Origin: Leucoraja ocellata
Lineage: Eukaryota
Direction: 5' to 3'
Assembly: GCA_036785375.1 (NCBI GenBank)
Contig: JAWMAR010000105.1
Span: forward strand, 2,480,001-2,544,000
Length of the DNA stretch: 64,000 bases
Below the pieces are notes generated by a model. It made no database searches. It saw only the letters and a program-made list of their open reading frames with translations, and was not told the origin of the DNA. Position 1 is the first letter of the stretch; each line of letters starts with the position of its first letter. Of the stretch, positions 40,634 to 53,981 are shown in pieces. A program made the position numbers and the translations under genes.

Positions 40634-43600
40634 CAGTGCATTCAGAAAGTATTCAGACCCCTTCACTTTTTCCACATTTTGTTACATTACAGCTTTATTC
40701 TAAAATGGATTAAATTATTATTTTTAAATCATCAATTTACACACAATACCCCATAATAATAAAGCAAAAACAGGTTTTAGAAATGTTTGCAAAGTAATTA
40801 AAAATAAATTCCGGGTTGGAATTAGGTGAACAGGTGTGTGTGAGCCTGGCTCCCAATTTCTGCTCAAAGTCTACCTGTTCATTTTTGTCATATGCTTGAG
40901 GTAACCTGCTATTGAACACTGTACAACTCGAGGCATTGGTAGACACTGAAACGGCAAATAAAATGCACCGCCGAGCTAAAACTGGGGGAAAAGACGGCAA
41001 AGTCTCAAACAAGAATGCTGCTGTCATGGCGCCACTGCCTGGTGCTGGACCTGAACTACCAGAGGATCGCGAGAGGCTTCGTTCAGTACTCCTTGCGATA
41101 TGACACAAGCGATAAACTCTGCCATAAAAAAAGAGAACTTGAAGATGCTCTGTCGCCGGTGAACACCAATCTGGAGCAAGTTAAGTCCTACTACGTAACA
41201 CATGATGAACGCATTTGCGTGGTTGAAGACGGCCTGAATGATCGAAGCCGCATAGCTACATTACAGAGTGAAAACGCACTTTTGAAAGGGAAGCTAGATG
41301 ACCTCGAGAATCGGTCGAGGAGATCCAACCTAAGGGTGGTCGGGATTCCCGAAAAATTGGAAGGCTTGGACCCTGTCAAATTCACGACTGAGTTTTTTTG
41401 AAGAAGTGCTGGGGGCTGATTTCTTCCCAAGACCTCTCATGCTTTCACGTGCCCACTGAGTTGGACCTACACCAACGAATGTCCCGAATACCAAGCCATC
41501 TAGACCAAGAGTGTTCCTGGTTGTCTTTCACTACTTTCAGGACAAACATCGCATCATCACTAGACGGAGGCAGGAGCTGTCCTTCCACGGGCAGCAGGTG
41601 CTTTTTCATGAGGATTTCAGCGCGGAACTGGGGAGAAAACGTGCAGCTTTTAGGGAGATAAAATCCCTGCTCTACGAGAAAGGGGTTCGATTCAGCCTCC
41701 TGTACCCTGCCTGGCTCCAGCTTACTCATGAAAGTAAAAACCATTGCTTCAATACACCAGAGGCTGACAAAGAGTTTTACCACTAGATGACGGCCATGAA
41801 GAGCAATGACTTTTTAGGATATTCATGCGGCATTGGCACGGTCTCCTGCGGCGGCAAACTGTTAATTTTTGTAAGATTTGTTCATTCTTTGTGGAATTCG
41901 ATTGAGCTGAACTGCCATGCTGCTTAATCTGATTAATGAGTCGAGGACTTTCAACCAGCGGAAATGTACACGTTTAGAATTGCTCTCTGGGATACAACTT
42001 TTATTTCTTTCGTTCTCATGCTTTGCTTGACCTGTGTTATCTTTAGCCTATATACCTTAAAGGTAGAACAAACGACCGTATAATTTTCAAAGAAGTGAGC
42101 CACCCTCAAATGGATTTCAAGTTTTAGTTAGGGAACGCTTTGGAAGTTTTTTGTTTTGTGATGCCTGCGATCGTCCTCAGTTGGGGAAGAAGATCTAGGT
42201 TTTGGGGGTTAAATGTTTTTTCTTGTTATTGTAAGGGGATGAGTGAAATGTTTTGGGTAATGGCAGCTTATTCTTTGAATGTCACGAATGCACTAGAATT
42301 TTCTTTTCTCCATTGTGTGTTTTCACATGCAGCCTTGGTGTTGTTTTGGATGGCAGGCCCTGTATGTATTTTTGAAATATGTATTTTGAAATAAGTCTAA
42401 TGGTGACATTGATGGAGGCCATCCTGTGAGGTATATATCTTGGAACGTAAAGGGGCTTAATGGTCCTGTAAAAAGAGCTAAAGTTTTTTCTCATCTAAAA
42501 CAATTAAAAACAGATATACTACTTCTACAAGAAACTCATTTAAGAATGGAAGATCATACTAGGCTGCGTAAAGCGTGGGTTAGTCAGATTTTTCACTAGA
42601 TTTAATAGCATGTCCAGGGGTGTGGCAATATTAATCACCAAAAGAATACAGTTTACACCATTTGACGTAGTCAGTCACCCTAATGGCCAGTTTATTATAG
42701 TTTCCGGGTCTCTTTTTCGAAAACCTGTCGTCTTAGTAAATGTTTATGCCCCTAATTGGGATGATGTCCAATTTGCAAATAAGGTTTTGTCATTAATATC
42801 TGATCTGAACACGCATGTTATATATAAAACACAAAATGGAGGGAAATGTAATGCATTACGTCAGCTGTATTGAATCTGTCCTTCAATAAAAAGTCAGTAA
42901 AAATAAATAACTGAAATATCACATTTACATAAGTATTCAGACCCTTGCTATGACACTCAAAATTGAGGTTAGGTACATCCTGTTTCCATTGATTATCCTT
43001 GAGATATTTCTACAACTTGATTGGTCCACCAGTGGCAAATTAAATTGATTGTATATGATTTGGAAAGGCACACACATGTCTATATAAGGTCCCACAGTTG
43101 ACAGTGAATGTCAGAGCAAAAACCAAGCCATGAAGACGAAGGAATTGTCCGTAGACCTCAGAGACAGGATTGTGTCGAGACACAGATCTGGGAAAGGGTA
43201 TAAAACAATTTCTGCAGCCTTGCAGGTGCCGAAGAACACAGTGGCCTGTCATTCTTAAAACAGAAGAACTTTGGAACCACCAGGACTCTTCATAGAGCTG
43301 GCCGCCTGGCCAAAGAGAGCAATCGGGGGAGATGGGCCTTGGTCAGGGAGGTGATCAATAACCCAATGGCCATTCGGACAGAGCTCCAGAGTTCCTTTGC
43401 GGAGATGGGAGAACCTTCCAGAAGGACAACTATATCTGCAGTACTCCACCAATCAGGCCTTTATGGTAGAGTCGCCAGACGGAAGCCACTCCTCAGTAAA
43501 AGGCACATGACAGCCCGCTTGGAGTTTGCCAAATGGCACCTAAAGAACTCTCAGACCATGAGAAACAAGATTCTCTGGTCTGATGAAACTAAGATTGAAC

Positions 43601-44190
43601 TCTTTGGTCTGAATGCCAAGCATCACATCTGGAGGAAACCAGGCACCGCTCATCATCTGGCCAATACCATACCTACGGTGAAGCATGGTGGTAGCAGCAT
43701 CATGCTGTGGGGATGTTTTTCAGCAGCAGGAACGGGGAGACTAGTCAGGAAAAGTGAACGGTCGAGGGAAAGGTGAACGGAGCAAAGTGCAGAGAGATCC
43801 TTGATGAAAACATGCTTCAGAGCGTTCTGGACCTCAGACTGGGGCGGAGGTTCACCTTTCACCTGAGAAGAATGGGAGAAATTACCCAAATACAGGTGTG
43901 CCAAGCTTGTAGTGTCATATACCCAAGAAGACTTGAGGCTGTAATCGTTGCCAAAGATGCCTCAACAAAGTACTGAGTAAAGGGTCTGAATACTTATGTA
44001 AATGTGATATTTCAGTTATTTCTTAATTACTTTGCAAACATTTCTAAACATCTGTTTTCACTTTTTTAATATTGGATATTGTGTGTAGATTGATGATTAA
44101 AAAAGTGAATTTAATCCATTGTGGAATAAGGCTGTAAAGCAACAAAATGTGGAAAAAGTGAAGGGGTTTGAATACTTTCTGAACGCACAG
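40634..44190 (+). mobile_element. Tc1-like DNA transposon with defective transposase (~43130-43976); left TIR interrupted by an L1
   Basis: TA-CAGTGCATTCAGAAAGTATTCAGACCCC...GGGGTTTGAATACTTTCTGAACGCACAG-TA; MKTKELSVDLRDRIV, ILWSDETKIELFG and TVKHGGSSIMLWGCF motifs; frameshifts and deletion. Confidence 0.93.
40810..42897 (+). mobile_element. L1-clade element: 5' UTR, disrupted ORF1, ORF2 endonuclease N-terminus, RT missing
   Basis: DDLENRSRRSNLRVVGIPE (ORF1); SWNVKGLN, LLQETHL, RGVAILI and LVNVYAPN (APE domain); TSD taaaaataaat at 40799-40809 and 42898-42908. Confidence 0.9.
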
Positions 44191-44462
44191 TATATCCTGA
44201 ATGCACCCCGTGATAGTTTCAAGATATCCAAGTTAATGTAAAAAGCTGGTATGCCACATGCCTATGAACTCTTAAATTTTCCTTATTTTTCTTCTGGCAG
44301 AAGGAATTCAAGTTCTTATGCGCAACATTTGGTCACATTGAATAAAATCTACCCAAACAAGTACCTGCAATGTGTTTAATATGTATATTAATCAATCTAT
44401 CAAAGCATAAAAGCTTAATGAATAAAAGCAATTAATAAAATTATCAAATTTTATATTTACAG

Positions 44463-44635
44463 ATCATGAAAGCAAAGAGGATTCCCTTTTACGAACGTCA
44501 CCAAGTTTGTCTTTAGGTACTCCAGAAAAGTCGGAGCCCAACAAATCATCACAAGTCGCTCTGGATATAAATAAGATGCTTAGTATTTGTGCAGCTCCTC
44601 TAGTACCTCCACTTTCTCCACAGCCAAAATGTTAA
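44463..44635 (+). CDS. C16orf86: C16orf86-like, terminal coding exon (...NKSSQVALDINKMLSICAAPLVPPLSPQPKC*)
   Basis: Acceptor atttacag; TAA at 44633-44635. C-terminus closely matches recalled human C16orf86 (KSTQVDIDKMLSVCTAPLVPPLSPQYK). The five exons sum to 837 nt (278 aa + stop). AATAAA at 44795-44800. Confidence 0.88.
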
Positions 44636-45355
44636 TTTGTGAGAAAATTTAAAATCACCTGCAAGTCCCACTTTTTAAACTCTTAATTTGTAAAATTATC
44701 TTGGTGATCAAATCTGCAGCAATAACAGAGTTGGAGGTGTATGAACAAACACATTTTTGTGTGTTATTAAATGGACAGTAAAGTTTTGAAGCACAATAAA
44801 TGGATTTGTTTATCAAAATGTGTTAACAGAAAATGAATAATGTTGTACAATAATTATGCCTTTAACAATTTATAGCTTCACTTAAAAGTATATCAGATTT
44901 TAAAGGAATAACCATAAGTTACTCAGCCCCCTTGAACCTGTTCTGCCATTAGATTACATTTTGATTACGAGCTTCATATTTAATTAATAGTCTTATATTC
45001 ATATAACCCTTAATTTTTTTTACAAAGAGAAGGGAGGGTGATACTACTGCCCGAGGGAGACACTTAGAGATACAGCTTGGATTATTTATTTGATGCACTT
45101 TATTTCAAAGACACATCTATAACATTTCTAACATTTTGAAGCCTTTCCAATAGTTCACCAAAACAAACTGTTAAATCTAACCCTCACAATCATTTCATTG
45201 TGTGGAATTACTAAACTACCCAATGCTTATTCTCAGGACATACGACCTAAAGGGCATTGTTGCGAGATGAAAGCTCAAGAAGCTAAATAGTCAATGACAA
45301 GGAAGTTGAGACATTCTTGTAAAAATCCAGGCCAATGTACATACGAATAGGTTAG

Positions 45356-45685
45356 GGTGGTCTTGTGGCACAGCGGTAGAGTTGCTGCCTTACAGCGAAT
45401 GCAGCGCCAGAGACCTGGGTTCGATCCCGACTACGAATGCTGTCTGTACGGATTTTGTACGTTCTTCACGTGACCTGCGTGGGTTTTCGCCGATATCTTT
45501 TGTTTCCTCCCACACTCCAAAGATGTACACAGGTTTGTAGGTTAATTGGCTTGGTAAATGTAAAAAATGTCCCTAGCGGGTGTAGGATAGTGTTAATGTG
45601 GGGGGGGGGGGGGGGGGGGTCCACTGGTCGGCACAGACCCGGTGGGCCGAAGGGCCACTTTCCGCGTTGTCTCTGTAAAATTAAA
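45356..45685 (+). mobile_element. tRNA-derived SINE
   Basis: tggcacagcggtagagttgctgcc...gggttcgatccc. Confidence 0.85.
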
Positions 45686-46688
45686 ATTGTTGTCACTAAC
45701 TCCAATCTCTCTCACATTGCTTTAGGTTAATGAATTTATTAGGGAAAATTAATTTTGAATATTCATGTTCGTGAGATTTAAAAATGAATTCAATACACGT
45801 TGCAGGCATTACAAGCATTTATTGGTCATTGTTAACAGCACCCAGACTGTAGAGGAGTTAGAAGCCATCCATATCTTGTGTTATTTGAACATCGTCTTAT
45901 CAATGTGCCAGGATACTGGCTGCTAGACTGATAACTTAGCCACTATATTATTATTTTTATTTAAGCGATAAATATTAGAAATTTCAGCCACTGAGAAAGA
46001 AATGAACAAACATTCCTTTCAGAAAGCATGTTGGTGGATACATGTCCACAAGGACATTTTACACAGGCACAAACCATAATGAGGTAGATTTGCAAACATA
46101 GATATTGCATGAAAATTTCATCCAGACTTAAAGAAATAAAAGTCATAAACTTCAAGAAATGTCATAAACTTCATGCAATTTAAGTGGGACACTTGCGTTA
46201 AAGATATAGTTAACATTGCCAACTAAGGAAATTTAGAATATTTCAATGAGGTGGTAAATTCAATGTTAATGTTTTTTTCTCTCTTCTCACCAAAGTTGCT
46301 CACTGACACTGAAGCAGTGCCTAAACAGCTACTAAGTAGAAGCCCACAACTAATCTTAACAATAATACAAAGTCGAAAAACATGCAGCAGCTTCCTGACC
46401 TGCTGAATATTACCAGCAACTGCAGTATTTTGCTTATGAGCTTGTCTGTTGGGATCAGAGGGTGTAACTGGCAAGTCTCAGCTCACACACATACACCTTC
46501 CAGCTGATAGCAAAGTAGCAAAACACTCCAATGACTAACAGGCATGATTGCAACACCCAGTTTATATCGAGAGCCAAGTTACTCATATTAATCAACCAAC
46601 GACAAATGTTTCTTTAAAAAAAATACTAAAGGGAAATTTCAAGGACAGAATCATTAACAAAATTTGGTAAATGTGGAAGGAAGGCAAA

Positions 46689-47012
46689 GATAGACACAAA
46701 AAACTGGAGTAACTCAGCTGGATAGGTAACATCAATGGAGAGACGGAATGGGTGACATTTCGGGTCAAGACTTCTTCGGACTAGTCAGGGGAGAGGGAAA
46801 CGAGAGATAGAGACGAGTATATAGAGAGATAAAAAACAATGAATTAAAGATATGCAAAAAAGTAATGATGATAAAGGATCAGGCCATTGTTAGCTGTTTG
46901 TTGGGTGAAAACGAGAAGCTAGTGGGATTTGGATGGGGGAAGGCTGGAGTTACTTGAAATTAGAGAAATCAAAACTCATACCACTGGGCTGTAAGCTGCC
47001 CAAGTGAAATAT
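46689..47012 (-). mobile_element. Penelope-like 3' fragment
   Basis: Reverse complement of the endonuclease C-terminus and pLTR tail seen at 57340-57590. Confidence 0.7.
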
Positions 47013-47439
47013 AGAAGGCAAATGGGTAAAAATTCAGTCAGAGGTTTTAAAGGAACACATTGAAAAGGTAGAGAAGCGAACAGGTTGGAAGAGGAATCCC
47101 AAAGGAGAATACAGGTACTTGCATTCAGGTGAGATGAATTAGCTATGTCTGCACCAGTGCAGACATCAAGCATTTCAAAACAAGAAGAATTTTATAATCA
47201 AGGCACTGCTTAATTTGGATTAATATGCATAAGTCATAGGTGCACAAGTGTTAGTGTCCAGAGATTTAAATATCCTCAAGTTTACAATGGGTAGGATCAG
47301 TAAGTCAAAGTAAGTCGAGTCATCAGTAAGCCAAGTAAGTTTCTTGGAGATCGTCCACAGATAACAAAAATATATATTTGAGTATTTCAATAAATAAAAT
47401 ATGGAAGAAATAAAATAAGATTGTTTAGTTTTCATTTTT

Positions 47440-47726
47440 AGTTTTGGAGATACAGCATGGGAATAGGCCCTTCGGTCCACTGTCTGCACTGATTAACCAT
47501 CACCTGTACATTAGTTCTATCCTACACAATAGGGACAATTTACAGCAGCCAATTAACGTACAAACCTGGATGTCTTTAGAATGCGAGGGGAAACCGGAGC
47601 ACCCGGAGAAAACCCATGCGGTCACAGAGATAACGTGCAAACTCCACATAGACAGCACCCATGGTCAGGATCAAACCCAGGTCTCTGCAAGGCTGCAACT
47701 CTACTGCTGCATTACTGCGCTGCCCA
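47440..47726 (-). mobile_element. tRNA-derived SINE
   Basis: Reverse complement of the family core. Confidence 0.8.
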
Positions 47727-48419
47727 TAATGTTGCAGGGTATATTTTGGTTGCATGGTTTAAAACTCATCCTGGCCCTCATTATGACAGGAATAAAGGTT
47801 GATAAAGTTGGTAGCGAAGGAAAGGAGTTAATATGGATTGTAGATATTAGCCAATTTCAAGGAAATTTCTTCTGATCCAATACTGATGTGCCAAAGGTAG
47901 TTTGACAAATCAGATTAGACGGTGACAGGATCAGCTGGGTATGGCTGCATACTCGTGGTAACTAATGTCATATTTCCACAGCTGAATCAAAATTAAAGGT
48001 CACACCAAAACTACAATGTTGCAAATTTATAAATTAGCAACAGAACAGAATTTGACGATAAAGTATTAAATTACTTAGTCAAGGTTCTCAATGCTGTGAT
48101 GCCAACCACATACAACAGCCTTGAACAGTTTGTAATAATTTTCTTTAAAAGAAAAATCAAGATGACCAAAATATCAGACTTAAAATGTAATATTTTTTTA
48201 TTTTTCAGGGTACATAGACTACTGGCTCAGAAACTTTAAACATTTAATATAGTAGAACTGGAGACAGAATATGTAACAGGCACATTTTCCAAAGCAACAT
48301 AGCCCGTCTTCTCCAAACACAGAACATAACAGTAGTCAAACCAGACAGACTTTGTTTTGTCAATGTTTCATTTTATGCTTTATTTGCACTGCTAAGCACC
48401 ACCTTTCTAAAGGATCCCA

Positions 48420-50258
48420 ATGAACAGTCCAGAACCATTTTATTGATTAAAATACAAAGTTGTCTTTTGAACAATAAATTTACATGTCAAACATAAATGA
48501 CACAAGAACACACATCTCTACCCCCAAACCTACATATTACAAATTACTGCAAATACATTCACAAAATTGTTAAATAAATCTTTAAGCCTTTCACATAGGA
48601 AATCAAGTTTAACTTTGTGCCCATGATTTGAAACAAAAATCTCAATATAAATAACGCACGTCTGAATTTTTAACCAAAAATAAATAACTATATAGGTAAC
48701 CTATTTTCTGCACAGTTCAACTATTTCAATGAAACAACCTAGCTGTATATTTGAACGCCAAATCCTCCCTCCCTCCCAAATTTCGAACAATCCCGCAAAG
48801 CAAACATGTTTCAATATAATCACTTAATGATGTAATAAATATCTATGCAATCAACATATACAAAGTTTGGAAAACTAAATGTAATATTTTAAAACTATGA
48901 CAAAAAATATTGTACAACTTGGATTTAAAAGCCAAGACCTACAGGTCCATAAAACAAATACTTAGTAATTTTCCATATTACAAAGTGGGGAAAAAAAGCA
49001 CATTACAAAAACATTCCAGCCATTTTTGCAATGTTATCTCAAATACAGTATATACACATTTTGAAAACTAAATTAGACTGCCACTTCCCTACTGTTCTTA
49101 ACTCTAATTAGCTGTTCATGAACCAACTTATTTCAAATTTGGAAATAAACAAGCTATTCAGATATGCAATGTACTCCTCACCATTTATTTTACTCAGTCC
49201 TATCAGTAGCCAGTTTCATAAAATAAATATTGGAACTAGAAACATCAGTTTGTAAACATTGTATTAAACCACCAAAATTCTTGTTGTAATTGCTTAAATA
49301 CTAAAGTATGTTCTGTCATGAGATGATCACAAGCAAGGGTAGATGAGAGAAAAACAACAAACAGCTGGACAAAGTAGTGCTTGGACATCTGGTCTGGCCT
49401 GAAGGTGGTTGGGGGTGTAAATGCTACCTACTTTAATTAGCTTCTTCTCCCTTCCCCCACCCAGCCCCATTCCAAAAAGTTGCACTATGAATGGCTGTAT
49501 ATCTTCAAAGATCTATTATGCTTATCATAATTTAGTGTAAGCCTAGTGAATTTTAAAGAACTTTAAAAAAAGAAATCTAAATATCAACTCAACTAACAAA
49601 GTAATTTGGATAAATTGCAACAGCATCACCAAGGTCAGAATGTAATCAGCCTGTGAATCATGGAAAATTAGTCTCAAACTTTCATTTGTGACTTGGAGAT
49701 ATATTCACCTTTATGGATGCAATTTTAAAACTGGGAAGAGGGAAAATCTTCCAGTTGGCACTGGGTTTCTTTTGGAATACTGGGCTAAAACATTCGGTCA
49801 AGCAGCAATCCTAAACAAGGAAACACATAATTCACAACCTGCCACAAAATTCAGTGTTTTCTTCCCATGTTTGAATTTTAAATCCCCCGCTTCCCAATAA
49901 ATTTTGATTTTATAGTAGTTACCGTAATATTAATTTTCCTTCAAGTAAATATAGGAATCACCAAACACACCAGTATTAAGTCTGAATATGTTCATTCCTT
50001 TGAATGACAAGTACAGGGTACTGCTAAATGACAGCATGTTAAAACAATTGAGTTGGAAGGAAATCAAAATTGAGTGTTTAAAATATGGCGGTTTCACATA
50101 GTGCTGACCGTACATGAGAGCAATCAACAGAAAGCACCACAGTAAGAGCGCAATACCCTTATTTCAGCTGCAAAAAATATTTTTGGTACCTTAAAACAAT
50201 ATTAGTTTGAATTGATTTTGATGGAATTATATCTCATGTATTATGACAGTATTGTTCA
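48420..50258 (-). other. GFOD2: Probable GFOD2 3' UTR
   Basis: Repeat-free AT-rich tract after the stop codon; minus-strand AATAAA at 48439-48444. The end position is approximate. Confidence 0.55.
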
Positions 50259-51160
50259 TCATAGATTATTACGTTGCAAAGCATCACATAGATTCTGATT
50301 GGAATCGGGTTCTTCTGCTATCACAGCAATGACTTCCCATTCTCCAGATCTGCTTGATCTCTTAATAGCATCCACAACGCTTTGCATGTAAAGACCATCC
50401 TCAAACGAAGCAGCCATAGAAACCGGCTTGTCAGCCCAAGTGCGCCGATCCTCCTGATCCTTAAAAGACTTGCTCAAGGCTTGCACCATGTAAACAATTC
50501 CCTTTAGATACAAGAGGGGAATGTCACCAAATGCTTTCTCCAGCACACCAACTGCATTTACCAGCTTAGTGTCAGCAAAGAGCAGCTCCTCTTTGAAGGT
50601 AGTGTTTTTCTGGCCGTATAGGTCCGTGCCTCGAGCAACCAAACGCCCTGCAGAGCCCACAACCATGACTTCGTGAATAAAGGGGCCAGGCATATTAAAA
50701 TTGAGTGTAACAGTGCTACACACACCTCCATTCATTAACATTTGAAAGAAGCAGAAATCGTCACTGGTGACGTGCCGAATACCATGGATGTTGTCATTCT
50801 GCTTGACGAAGGTTTTCAGGAGGCCATGGACCTTCTCGGCTCTCTTATTGGTCAAGTGGGTCAATAGGTCCACGATGTAGGTGCCCATTGTGTGAAGGCC
50901 ACCTCCACCCATCAACTCGTCACAAATCCAGTTGTACTTGCTGCTGAGTAGACTGCCCCAATAAACACGCACATCACAGATCATGACATTACCAATGTAG
51001 CCTTCTTCAATTAGCCGTTTCATTTTGATAAATGCCGGCAGGAACCGAAGGACATTGTCTACAATACTCATGAGCTTAGGATAGTAACGAGCTGCTTTCA
51101 CCATTTTGAAGGCATCCGCCGAAGTAGCAGCCTTTTCACAGATTACATTCTTCCCAATAC
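50259..51160 (-). CDS. GFOD2: Glucose-fructose oxidoreductase domain-containing protein 2, last coding exon
   Basis: Acceptor tgtacaaaag, then (G)[27 protein letters not shown]...[22 protein letters not shown]...[13 protein letters not shown], near-identical to vertebrate GFOD2. The upstream coding exon was not found in the window. Confidence 0.96.
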
Positions 51161-51299
51161 CTTTTGTACAGACAAGGAATAAAAAGGAAAATAGTTAATT
51201 TCAATCAATTATGAAGCCTGGTGATTGCAAACATTACTGTTAAAGGTTTCAAAACAGCTTCAAATAATGATTGGAAAAACATTAATTTATGCATGCATT

Positions 51300-51499
51300 N
51301 NNNNNNNNNNNNNNNNNNNNNNNNNNNNNNNNNNNNNNNNNNNNNNNNNNNNNNNNNNNNNNNNNNNNNNNNNNNNNNNNNNNNNNNNNNNNNNNNNNNN
51401 NNNNNNNNNNNNNNNNNNNNNNNNNNNNNNNNNNNNNNNNNNNNNNNNNNNNNNNNNNNNNNNNNNNNNNNNNNNNNNNNNNNNNNNNNNNNNNNNNNN
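51300..51499. other. Assembly gap
   Basis: Run of N. Confidence 1.
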
Positions 51500-53791
51500 A
51501 GCAGATTACTATCCATACAGCATTGAAAATGTCTATTAATACATGCATCCACCAGAAAACGAATCTGTTAATGTTCAATAATATTTGTGAAAAATGTCCA
51601 AAGTTTAATTTCTATTCTGCTTATATTATTTGAAGTGGCACATTGTATCCTCAGATCATAATCCAGATATCCCTACTGGAAGTTGTCAGTTAAATTTTCA
51701 TGTAACTTAGTATTCTCTTTTCTTTACATGGGTTTTTGCTACAGAATATTTTTAAAGTCTGCAACATGTGCATTTTATCCTTACAATTTAGTACGATTTT
51801 TATGCTGAAATGAAACTCGGCCTAGCCACATTTTCAAACCAAAAAAGCACTTCTTTCCAATTATCATATAACCTTGCGTGCAGTCACTGATAAATACTAC
51901 TGCAGATGCACGCTGTTTCTTGTTTTATTAGTCACCCGTCAACAATTTACCTTCATTACATCTCAGTGAACATTCAATTAAACAGAAGCAAGGTTTTAGC
52001 TTTAAAAAAAAAAAGCAAAATAGAGATAGGAACAGATACACAGAAGCCTACTGTTCAATCCCATGTTACAATACCAGCATGACAAATCCAAAGAATCATT
52101 CACAATGTAGATTCATCTTGCCAAACTGGAGAATGATTTTCTGGATGATGAATTATGCTTTTGTTATCAATACAACAACCAACACTGCACCCAGTTCCTT
52201 TACTTATAAACCGCCTAATGATGCCTAACATCATTACCCAGTTCACTTCCCACTCCTGCCAAAGAACTGCTAAGTAATGCACAACTTGTATATGTTTACA
52301 AGAATTTCATAATAAAATCCCATTAAACAAATATCAAGCCAAACAACAACTTTTCTTTCAGCACCAAAACATGTTGATGCAGTGAACTGTGAAAGAATAG
52401 TAATAAACTTTAAGAGAATAAAAAAAGGCTGATGAAATGGGTGAACACGTGTCAGGTGAGGTTTAATGGGAGGGAAAAAGTTAAATTCTAGATTTCAGTA
52501 AGAAGAATACATGTTAATACAAACAGAAGACATGCTTCTAAAACTGGATCTGGGAAAACAGATCTGAGGGCAAATGTGCACAAATTGATGAGTGGCAGAG
52601 ATGGGCAAAGAAAATAGTTAAAAATGCATACTGGATATTTTATTTTATAAGGAGAGGATAAAATACAAGAGCAAGGATGGCTTGATGAACCATTAGGTTG
52701 TCTTGATGAACCATTCCAAAATGCCCAGTTCAGCCACAACTGGAGCTGTGTGCCCAGTTATGGGCACCATACTTTAGCAGAGCTTTGAAGGCCTTGAGGG
52801 GATAGGGGAGAATTTGCCTGAATTATTCCAGAGATAAAGAATTTTAATTACACAGAATGACTGAAGAAACTGGGGTCATTCCCTTTGGATCAGGGATGGT
52901 TGATGAGGGATCTGATGGAGAAATGGAGAAAAGTCAAGGACCAGTGGGCATAGTGTGAAGGTGAATAATAAAACAACCAAAAAAAGTGAGAGAAAAAGGA
53001 AAAACAACATTGCAAGTGGTTTTAAATCTGGAAAACATTGTCAGGAGATGTACTGCGTGATTCATACGTGGCATTCAACAGGAAACTGAATAAGTACATG
53101 AAAATAAATAGTTTGCAGGGCGATGGGTTAAGGGCAGCTGCAGAACTAGCTGAATTGCTTTTGCGAGAGTCGACATGAACTCCATGACCTCCGAAATAGC
53201 CTCCCTCGACAATATAATCTTTGTGCGATTCTATCCTATATCCATAAATGGGCCTTTCAAAGGTTTAGCGGGTTTATGCTGGAAGCCCCAAACCACCCCC
53301 CCCCCCCCAGAAAATACTGGAAACACTCAGCAGATCAGGAAGAATCTGTGGAAAGAGAAAAAGAGTTAATGTTTCAAGTCAAAGACCTCTCATCAGAACT
53401 GCCTGACATGTTGAATGTTTCCATCATTTTCTGTTTTTATTTCAGATCTCCAGTATCTGCAGGGTTTTTTTTTACATTTTCAGTGCAGGCTGAAAACCTG
53501 AAAGGAATATCCTTTTCATGGTGACATACCTACAATGTAAATAGATGGGTATGGCAGCACTGTGTTTGGATTACTAGAATAACAGCTAGAGGTAAGAGAT
53601 CAAATCCACAATGGCAGATTTACATTTTTAAAATCTTAATACAGGTAATTAAGAAAAATAAAACTGGATTGTTGCGCAAAAAAACCCATATGGTACACCT
53701 ATGTCCTTCAGAAAAGGAAATTGGCCAACTCTACCCAATGTGCTGTCCTCATAACTGTAGACCCTGATCCAAGGAGACCGACCTTAGCTTC

Positions 53792-53981
53792 TGTACAGGA
53801 AGGAACTGCAGCTGCTGGTTTACACTGAAGTAGACAAAATACTGGAGGAACTCAGCAGGTCAGGCAGCATCTCTGGAGAAAAGGAATAGGTGACGAGAAG
53901 GGTCTCGACGCAAAAACGTCACCTATTCCTTTTCGTCAGAGATGCTGCCTAATCCGCTGAGTTACTCCAGCATTTTGTGTC
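53792..53981. mobile_element. Penelope pLTR-derived fold-back mini-element
   Basis: Inverted pLTR halves; near-TSD accttagctt/accttagatt. Confidence 0.75.

Noticed and set aside
51205-51633. ORFs spanning the second gap
   Set aside because: Open only because of Ns.
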